NCBI GenBank assembly: GCA_963770565.1
Contig: CAVYQE010000007.1
Coordinates: 67,979-131,978 of the forward strand
Source: an uncultured Actinomycetota bacterium
GTDB taxonomy: Bacteria; Actinomycetota; Actinomycetes; JAFAQI01
Length of the DNA stretch: 64,000 bases
Reading direction: 5' to 3'
The notes below the pieces were generated by a model. That model ran no database searches. It was given only the letters and a program-made list of their open reading frames with translations, and was not told the DNA's origin. Both the position numbers and the translations under genes were made by a program. Every line of letters starts with the position of its first letter. Within the stretch, counting starts at the first letter, position 1. This document shows, piece after piece, positions 57,453-64,000 of this stretch.

Positions 57453-58068
57453 AGGCGGCAGTGTGTCCCAGAAACGGCCAACGCGAAAGTGCCGAAGGTC
57501 CCGATGTCGGCACCGGGCTAGGCCACCCGGGTGAGGCGCACTCCGGGTGGATCGGTCGCGCTCGGCCGCCCGCACGCAATCGGTGCGCGACGTGAACACG
57601 GACAAATCTCACCCGGCCGCCGGGCGGAGTGTTGCTTGACTCAACGTTCAGTCAGTGTGAGTCTTCGCGGGTCACTTGCGACGTCGCGTTGTGCCGCTCG
57701 GCACAAGGGGGGCGGTCCCGGCCGCCGCGCATCCAGTAGCAAGCGGCCGGGACCTTGGTCGTCCACCGAGAAGGACTGGGCGAGCGACCCGCGACTGACG
57801 ATAGCCCTGCCTCCGGAAGTTACCGAGAGTCAAACGCCGTCTCGCCTAGGCAAAAATCGGGTATTACCGCCGACACGGTCCGAGCACTACGGCGGACGGG
57901 TGTGGGCGTGTCACGATGTGGGTAACGTCTTGAGTGTCACGCCCTGGACCTTGGAGCGACACGAAGTTCCGGTCGGCTTGTGCCATCCCCGACCGGAACC
58001 TTTGTCTTCTTGCGGTTCAGGGGGCGGCACTTCAGACCCGGCGCGAACACGCAATGGAGGACCTGGCC

Positions 58069-58308
58069 TTGGTCGAATCGCGGGATCGACTGTTAACCCC
58101 CGGTGAGGTCGCGACGTTGTTTCGGGTAGACGCGCGGACGGTGACGCGCTGGGCGGCGGAGGGTCGGGTCAAGAGCATCCGTACGCCCGGCGGACGACGC
58201 CGCTTCCGCGAGTCAGATATCCGCGAGCTTCTTCGCGAGGACGGCGCCGGCGCGTTCCAGCGCGACGAGGACGAGGACGACGACGAAGGCTTGGTCGCGA
58301 GCAACTAG
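58069..58308 (+). CDS. BldC family MerR-like transcriptional regulator with acidic tail
   Basis: LLTPGEVATLFRVDARTVTRWA..GRVKSIRTPGGRRRFRE. GGAGG lies 8 nt before the TTG; alternative ATG at 58054. Confidence 0.88.
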   Translation: MVESRDRLLTPGEVATLFRVDARTVTRWAAEGRVKSIRTPGGRRRFRESDIRELLREDGAGAFQRDEDEDDDEGLVASN

Positions 58309-58512
58309 TCGCGCCGGATCATCGATGGCCCCAGGCCCATCGAGGCTCAGCCTCGGCAACCGTCTTGGCCCGGAATGACGCAGGGACGCGCTCGCCGTGT
58401 CCAACCTCCGGGGGGAGGGGTTGGACGAGCCGGATCGGTAGCTACACCAGCGAGCACGCCCTGCAACGCTCACTAAAACGGCCGAACCTGAAGAGCCGCT
58501 GAAGGCGCGGTC

Positions 58513-59565
58513 TCAGGATTGCAGCACGTCGGCCAGCGCGAACGTGAGCGGGCGTTCGAGCTGGGCGAACGTGCACGAGTGAGGGTCGCGGTCGTCGCGC
58601 CACCGCCGGAACTGCGCGGTATGCCGGAATCGCGCGCCTTCCATCTGGTCGTAGGCGACCTCGACCACCCGCTCCGGCCGGAGGGGCTCGAACGACATGT
58701 CCTTGCCCGCGTTCCACCGGTTGGGGACCCCGCCCGGGCCGAACTCGTTACCGCGCCACGGATGGTCGTCGTCGGGACCGAGCCGGAGCGGTGCCAGCTC
58801 CTCGACCAACTCGGCCCGACGCTTCATCGGGAACGACGCGGCGACCCCGACGTGCCGAAGCTGGTCGCCTTCGTACAGCCCGAGGATCAGCGACCCGACG
58901 ATCGGTCCGCTCTTGTGCCAGCGAAACCCGGCGAGGACGCAGTCGGCCGTGCGGTCGTGCTTGATCTTGAACATGACCCGCTTGTCCGGCTGGTAGAGGC
59001 CGTTGAGCGGCTTGGCGACGACGCCGTCCAGACCGGCACCCTCGAACGTCGTGAACCACCGGTTGGCAACTGCTGCGTCTCGGGTCGCCGGCGTGACATG
59101 CACGTCCGTGGTTCGAGTGATCGCTTCTTCCAGCGCGCTGCGCCGCTCACCGAACGGTCGGTCCATCAGCGACTTGTTGCCGAGGGCGAGCAGGTCGAAG
59201 GCGATGAACTGCGCCGGCGTCTCGGCTGCCAGCTTGCGAACGCGTGATTCGGCTGGGTGGATGCGCTGCTGCAAAGTCTCGAATTCGAGCCGCCCGTCCT
59301 GGGGTACGACGATCTCGCCGTCGACGACACACTTCGCCGGCAGCGCGACCTTGACGGCCTCGACGATGTCGGGGAAGTAGCGCGTCATCGGCTTTTCGTT
59401 ACGTGACCCGATCTCGACCTCGTCGCCGTCGCGAAAGATGATCGAGCGGAAGCCGTCCCACTTCGGCTCGTAAAGCAGGCCGCCCTCGACATCGCTCGGT
59501 GAGGGGACCGACGGCACCGACTTCGCCAGCATCGGCGCGACCGGCGGCATGACGGGCAGGTTCAT
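58513..59565 (-). CDS. ligC: ATP-dependent DNA ligase LigC
   Basis: PMLAK, YEPKWDGFR, DGEIV, FDLL, DGVVAK, KIKH..TADCV, RFRH. Confidence 0.93.
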   Translation of the reverse strand: MNLPVMPPVAPMLAKSVPSVPSPSDVEGGLLYEPKWDGFRSIIFRDGDEVEIGSRNEKPMTRYFPDIVEAVKVALPAKCVVDGEIVVPQDGRLEFETLQQRIHPAESRVRKLAAETPAQFIAFDLLALGNKSLMDRPFGERRSALEEAITRTTDVHVTPATRDAAVANRWFTTFEGAGLDGVVAKPLNGLYQPDKRVMFKIKHDRTADCVLAGFRWHKSGPIVGSLILGLYEGDQLRHVGVAASFPMKRRAELVEELAPLRLGPDDDHPWRGNEFGPGGVPNRWNAGKDMSFEPLRPERVVEVAYDQMEGARFRHTAQFRRWRDDRDPHSCTFAQLERPLTFALADVLQS

Positions 59566-59647
59566 GCAGGCGATTCTTCCACCCGGGCCCGGGGATGGAT
59601 GGCGCGCTGTGGCAGGACCGCGAGAGCCGGCGTCCGCGCACGGCCGA

Positions 59648-59716
59648 TTGGTCTTCGCTCTCGTGACCAGTTCTCGCGCGACCCGCCGCCGAACTGGTCG
59701 TGAGCGCGAAGATCAA
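59648..59716. repeat. REP-like imperfect palindrome, family A
   Basis: TTGGTCTTCGCTCTCGTGACCAGTTC...GAACTGGTCGTGAGCGCGAAGATCAA; most mismatches are G-U compatible. Confidence 0.65.
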
Positions 59717-59721
59717 CGAAG

Positions 59722-60921
59722 TCAAAACGCACCGATCCCGTCCGGAGTGCCCCAGCCGGTCGGGCCATCCCAGCCGCGACGCGCGGTGCACCACTGAGTC
59801 GTCGTGCAGTCACCGTTGCTCCCACTGATGACGTCCCGCAACCCAGCGTGATGTACCCAGAGGTACGAGCCGTCCTCAACGTCCGCGGTGTTGCCGGCCA
59901 GGGCGTAGACGGCGGCGATGATCGGCGCGGCCGCGCTGGTCCCTCCGAAGGTGAGCCAGCCGCTGGTCGACTCGAAGGCGTAGCTGTCATACACAGCGAC
60001 CCCGGTGGCTGGATCGGCCACCGCTGAGACGTCGGCGACCGCGCGGCGGCCGCAGCCGGTGATCGACAGTGCTTGCCAGGTCGTCGTGTTCATCGTCGAA
60101 CAGCCGCTGCCGGTGTCCGACCATGCCGTCTCGATGAAGCCGCGCGCCGCCGACGACCGGGTCAAGGTCGTGCCGCCGACTGCGGTCACCCACTTCGACG
60201 CGGCGGGGTACTCGACGCCGTAGCCGCTGTCGCCGGCCGACGCCGTGATCGCCACGCCGGGGTGGTGGTAGTAGCGGCCGTAGCTGCGGTCGGAGGCGTC
60301 GGGACCGCCGTAGCTGTTGCTGACTGCGTCGGCGCCCAGCCGTACTGCCGTGTCGACCGCTGCGCCTAGGTTGGCCATCGAAGCGGTGTCGGCCTCGACG
60401 AGCAGGACGTGACACCGCGGGCAGGTCGCCGACACCATGTCGAGGTCGAGCGAGATCTCTTGCGCCCACCCGCCGTCGGGATCGGGATAGGAGTGCCCAC
60501 CGGTCTGGTCGACCTTCCGGAAGCAACCGCCCGCCGTCGTACACGGGGGCAGGCCGTACTGCGCGCGATACACGGAGATGTCATGCGCGGCATCGGGGTC
60601 GTCGTAGGCGTCGACCACCGCGACCGTCTCACCGGCACCCGCGGTGGCGGACGGCAACGAGTAGGCGGCCTGCAGATCGGCCGGGCCGTAGCCGATCGGG
60701 GTGGACTCGTGCCGGACCCGTCCGCGCCTGATGTGGTCGACCCGGATCGCCAAGCATCGCGACCGAGCGCGGTGCGCGTGCTTGCACACGCTGCGGTCCT
60801 TGACCACCGACTGGGCCCTGACGGATGACGCTGACGTGGCTGGCGAGGCGCCAGCGACGGAAGCGACCACCAGACCGGCGGTGATGAGAAACGACACGAG
60901 CACTAATCGGCTGCGATGCAC
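59722..60921 (-). CDS. Secreted S53 (sedolisin-like) peptidase
   Basis: EISLD (ExxxD), SNSYG, SAGDSG, GGTSAAAP, GWDGPTGWGTP; GGAGG RBS. Confidence 0.9.
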   Translation of the reverse strand: MHRSRLVLVSFLITAGLVVASVAGASPATSASSVRAQSVVKDRSVCKHAHRARSRCLAIRVDHIRRGRVRHESTPIGYGPADLQAAYSLPSATAGAGETVAVVDAYDDPDAAHDISVYRAQYGLPPCTTAGGCFRKVDQTGGHSYPDPDGGWAQEISLDLDMVSATCPRCHVLLVEADTASMANLGAAVDTAVRLGADAVSNSYGGPDASDRSYGRYYHHPGVAITASAGDSGYGVEYPAASKWVTAVGGTTLTRSSAARGFIETAWSDTGSGCSTMNTTTWQALSITGCGRRAVADVSAVADPATGVAVYDSYAFESTSGWLTFGGTSAAAPIIAAVYALAGNTADVEDGSYLWVHHAGLRDVISGSNGDCTTTQWCTARRGWDGPTGWGTPDGIGAF

Positions 60922-61084
60922 GACAGAACCTCCGCAGTTGGAGAACATGACCCGACAACGGTCGCGGGGTGGCGGCGTACCTGGGGCGATCAACGACAGG
61001 TTGTGGACCACCGCGAGACGGCAGTGGTCTGTGGACGGGGTGCGGCGGGCGTCGGCGCGCCGATCGGCTCGAGAAAGGAGACCC

Positions 61085-61696
61085 GTGAGCGATCACCATC
61101 GGTTGAGCGGTCGGCAGATCACGATCATGGTCGTCGCGGTATGCGCCGCGCTGGTGCTGGCGCCGGTCGGGGTGTTCGCGGCGAGCCGCTCCTCGGTGTC
61201 GGTCTCCGACGGGAAGCACCCCTCGCAGCTGGCGGCCGTCACCAAGAGCGGCGCCCAGGTCATGACCGTCACCGGCACACCGAGCGTGCGGATCGCCGGG
61301 GTCCCCAGAGTGCGGGCAACCGTCACCACCGTCGCCGGCCTGCCCGGCACGCCGTTCGCCAAGACCGCGTCCACTGCGAGCGACACGGTCTCGGTGACCG
61401 CGCCGGCCGGAAAGCACGACGTCGTCCAGACCATCAGCGTCAAGATCACCGTCGACAACTCGGTGTCGCTGACCGGCGCCGAGATCACCTACCTCGATGG
61501 CGGCGTGCTACAGCGGCTCGACTTCCCGACCCCGAAGATGGCGACGGGTGACTCGCTGACCAACGCGGTCTTCGGCAACACGGTCGCGGTCACGATCTAC
61601 CCCGACCCGGGTACGCCGATCAGCGTCCTGCCGCAGTTCAACTCCGCCGACCTCAGCAACACCCAACTCAGCGTGAGCGGCTACACGGTCAGCTGA
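61085..61696 (+). CDS. Secreted hypothetical protein
   Basis: GAAAGGAG RBS, signal peptide, Thr/Val-rich, ends VSGYTVS. Confidence 0.7.
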   Translation: MSDHHRLSGRQITIMVVAVCAALVLAPVGVFAASRSSVSVSDGKHPSQLAAVTKSGAQVMTVTGTPSVRIAGVPRVRATVTTVAGLPGTPFAKTASTASDTVSVTAPAGKHDVVQTISVKITVDNSVSLTGAEITYLDGGVLQRLDFPTPKMATGDSLTNAVFGNTVAVTIYPDPGTPISVLPQFNSADLSNTQLSVSGYTVS

Positions 61697-63308
61697 CCTT
61701 CGGCGCCGCCCGCTCGACGATCGCGCGCGTGTCGACGCCGGGCGGCAGCGTGCCGAAGGTGTGGCCCCAGTCGGCACCGAGTCGCGACGCGCAGAACGCG
61801 TCGGCGACCGTCGGGGGAGCGAACCGCACGAGCAGCGATCCCTGCAATACCAACGCCATCTGCTCGACCAGTCGGCGCGCCCGCACCTCGACCTCCGTGG
61901 TGTCGGCGAGCGCCGCATCCAGCGCCGCGATCGCCCGGTCGAGTCGCGGGTCCGCGCCGGACGCGAGGGTCACTTCGTCGCGGAATGCCTCCCATGCGCC
62001 GAGCTCGCGACTCAGGGCGCGCAGGACGTCGAGCGCGTTGACGTTGCCGGACCCCTCCCAGATCGAGTTCAGGGGCGCCTCGCGATAGATCCGGGCCATC
62101 GGGAAGTCCTCGACGTACCCGTTGCCGCCCAGGCATTCGAGTGCCTCCACGGCGACTGCAGGCCCGCGCTTGCAGACCCAGTACTTGCCGGCCGCCAGGG
62201 CCAGCCGCTTGAACGCCGTCTCGTCGTTGTCGATCGCCGCCGCGAGTCGCACCATCAGCGCGGTCGCGGCCTCCGACTCGACCGCGAGATCGGCGAGCAC
62301 GGAGAGCATCAGCGGCTGGTCGATGAGATAGCGGCCGAAGGCCTTCCGGTGCCGCGCGTGATGGGTCGCCTGCGCGACCGATGCTCGCATCACCGTGACC
62401 GTCCCGATCACGCAGTCGAGCCGGGTCATCGCCACCATCTCGATGATCGTGGGCACGCCGCGGCCTTCGTCGCCGAGCCGCCACCCGACGGTCTCGTCGA
62501 ACTCCGGCTCGCTCGACGCGTTCGACCGGTTGCCGAGCTTGTCCTTCAACCGCTGGATCCGGAACGTGTTGCGCTCGCCGTCGGGCAACACCCTCGGTAC
62601 CACGAAACAGGTCAGGCCGCCCGGTGCCTGCGCCAGCACCAGAAACAGGTCGCACATCGGCGCCGAGGTGAACCACTTGTGGCCGGTCAGCCGGTACGTG
62701 CCGTCGGGGGCCGGCACCGCCCGGGTCGTGTTCGTGCGGACGTCCGAGCCGCCCTGCTTCTCGGTCATCCCCATGCCGGCGAGGCAACCGGCCTTGGTGT
62801 CGGGCCGGCGCAGGCCGGGGTCGTAGGTCAGCGAGGTCAGCCGCGGCACCCACTCGGCCGCGATCGTCTCGTCGACCCGAAGCGCCGGCACCGCGGCATG
62901 GGTCATCGAGATCGGGCAGCCGTGGCCGCCCTCGGTGTGGCTCCACACCGCGAACCCGGCCGCCCGGGCCACCTGCGCTCCGGGCTTCGGGTCGATCCAG
63001 GACGAGGCGTGCAGCCCGGCGCTGACCGCGACCGTCATCAACGAGTGCCACGACGGGTGGAACTCGACCTCGTCGATGCGGTGGCCGAACCGGTCGTGGG
63101 TGAGCAGACGCGGCGGGTTGGTGTTGGCCAGTCGGCCCCATTCCTGGGCTTCTGCGCTGCCGGCCCGGCGCCCGAGGCCGGCCAACTGGTCGCTCGCCCA
63201 GCCCGCTTCATGCCGCTCAACACCCTCGACGAGGGCCAGGTCAGAGCCGAAGACGTCGTAGTCGCAGAGCGGCGGCGGCTGGTTGCTCACGTCGTGCGTC
63301 GTGGCCAT
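61689..63308 (-). CDS. AidB-like acyl-CoA dehydrogenase
   Basis: THDVSNQPPPL, GHGCPISMT, GMTEKQGGSDV, LKDKLGNRSNAS, EAPLNSIWEGSGN. Confidence 0.9.
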   Translation of the reverse strand: MATTHDVSNQPPPLCDYDVFGSDLALVEGVERHEAGWASDQLAGLGRRAGSAEAQEWGRLANTNPPRLLTHDRFGHRIDEVEFHPSWHSLMTVAVSAGLHASSWIDPKPGAQVARAAGFAVWSHTEGGHGCPISMTHAAVPALRVDETIAAEWVPRLTSLTYDPGLRRPDTKAGCLAGMGMTEKQGGSDVRTNTTRAVPAPDGTYRLTGHKWFTSAPMCDLFLVLAQAPGGLTCFVVPRVLPDGERNTFRIQRLKDKLGNRSNASSEPEFDETVGWRLGDEGRGVPTIIEMVAMTRLDCVIGTVTVMRASVAQATHHARHRKAFGRYLIDQPLMLSVLADLAVESEAATALMVRLAAAIDNDETAFKRLALAAGKYWVCKRGPAVAVEALECLGGNGYVEDFPMARIYREAPLNSIWEGSGNVNALDVLRALSRELGAWEAFRDEVTLASGADPRLDRAIAALDAALADTTEVEVRARRLVEQMALVLQGSLLVRFAPPTVADAFCASRLGADWGHTFGTLPPGVDTRAIVERAAPKVS

Positions 63309-63347
63309 ATCCCCAGTGAACCCCATTCGGACCCTTACCGTTGCCGG

Positions 63348-64000
63348 GTGACGTCGCTCCCGAGGCTGGTCTGGTCGGCCATGCGCCGGTCCTGGCAGGA
63401 CCGGATTCTCGGCCTGGCCGCCGAGGCCGGCTTCTGGCAGCTGCTGTCACTGCCGTCGGCGATCCTGGCGATCCTCGGCATCATCGGCTTCTTCAACGGC
63501 GTGTTGGGTGCCGACAACCTCAACCACCTCCAGCGCTCGATCGACAACGCGATGGCGCACGTGATCGTGCCGAGCGCGGTGCAGTCGACGATCGCGCCCG
63601 CGCTGCATCGGATCCTGTTCGGTGGCCGCGCGGACATCGTCTCGATCAGCTTCGTGGTCTCGCTGTGGACCGGGTCGTCGGCGATGGCGACCTACGTCAA
63701 TACGATCACGATCGCCTACGGGCTGCGGCACCACCGAAGTGCGGTGCGCAGCCGCCTGCTCGCGCTCGGTCTATACGTCGGTTTCGTGCTCGCCTCGATC
63801 GTGTTGCTGCCGCTGCTCATCCTCGGGCCGTCGGAGATCGTTGACGTATTCCCGGACCGGTGGCATCACGTCGTACATGTGGTGACGACGATCGGGTACT
63901 GGCCAGTGGCGGTGTTGGTGTCGCTCGCCTTGCTGGCCACGCTGTATCACCAGGCGGTGCCGGTCCGTACGCCGTGGCGCCGCGCGTTGCCGGGCGCCGT
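63348..64000 (+). CDS. YihY/virulence factor BrkB family membrane protein (3' partial)
   Basis: DRILGLAAEAGFWQLLSLP, SLWTGSSAM...AYG, WRRALPGA. Open to the window end. Confidence 0.85.
   Translation, partial: MTSLPRLVWSAMRRSWQDRILGLAAEAGFWQLLSLPSAILAILGIIGFFNGVLGADNLNHLQRSIDNAMAHVIVPSAVQSTIAPALHRILFGGRADIVSISFVVSLWTGSSAMATYVNTITIAYGLRHHRSAVRSRLLALGLYVGFVLASIVLLPLLILGPSEIVDVFPDRWHHVVHVVTTIGYWPVAVLVSLALLATLYHQAVPVRTPWRRALPGA

Noticed and set aside
57453-58050. c-di-GMP or other known riboswitch upstream of the BldC-like gene
   Set aside because: Hairpins are present, but I could not match the conserved core of any riboswitch class by eye.
58069-58308. Excisionase marking a prophage or ICE
   Set aside because: The sequence fits the BldC family better, and no integrase, att pair or phage genes are nearby.
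56185-59565. Complete NHEJ system
   Set aside because: There is no Ku gene, and the polymerase lacks ligase and phosphoesterase domains. It matches the known Prim-PolC/LigC repair pair.

Overview
High-GC actinobacterial chromosomal window. It follows the gene order I recall as conserved in actinobacteria: sdhAB-suhB, DUF4193-DUF3093-dut-DUF3710-OB-fold-trkA-trkA-APC permease-TRAM methyltransferase, dxs, rnd-response regulator-DUF3000, hemE-hemY-hemQ, msrB, Prim-Pol/ligC. Accessory genes are interspersed. No rRNA, tRNA, CRISPR array, transposase or integrase was recognised. Several apparently essential genes (dxs, hemE, hemY) carry single-base frameshifts that look like assembly errors. The most striking locus (33.7-38.6 kb) is a translationally coupled operon: a secreted subtilisin ending in eight perfect ASSWS pentapeptide repeats, a multi-TM protein with no catalytic domain, and a HisKA_3 kinase. 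It is divergent from an intact NarL-type regulator and is a candidate self-processing peptide signalling system. Other notable items: a Rieske-less three-gene cytochrome b6/subunit IV-like module, a 67-bp duplication of the msrB 3' end bordering a cargo-rich region, and several families of REP-like intergenic palindromes. Family assignments come from motif recognition only; no searches were run.
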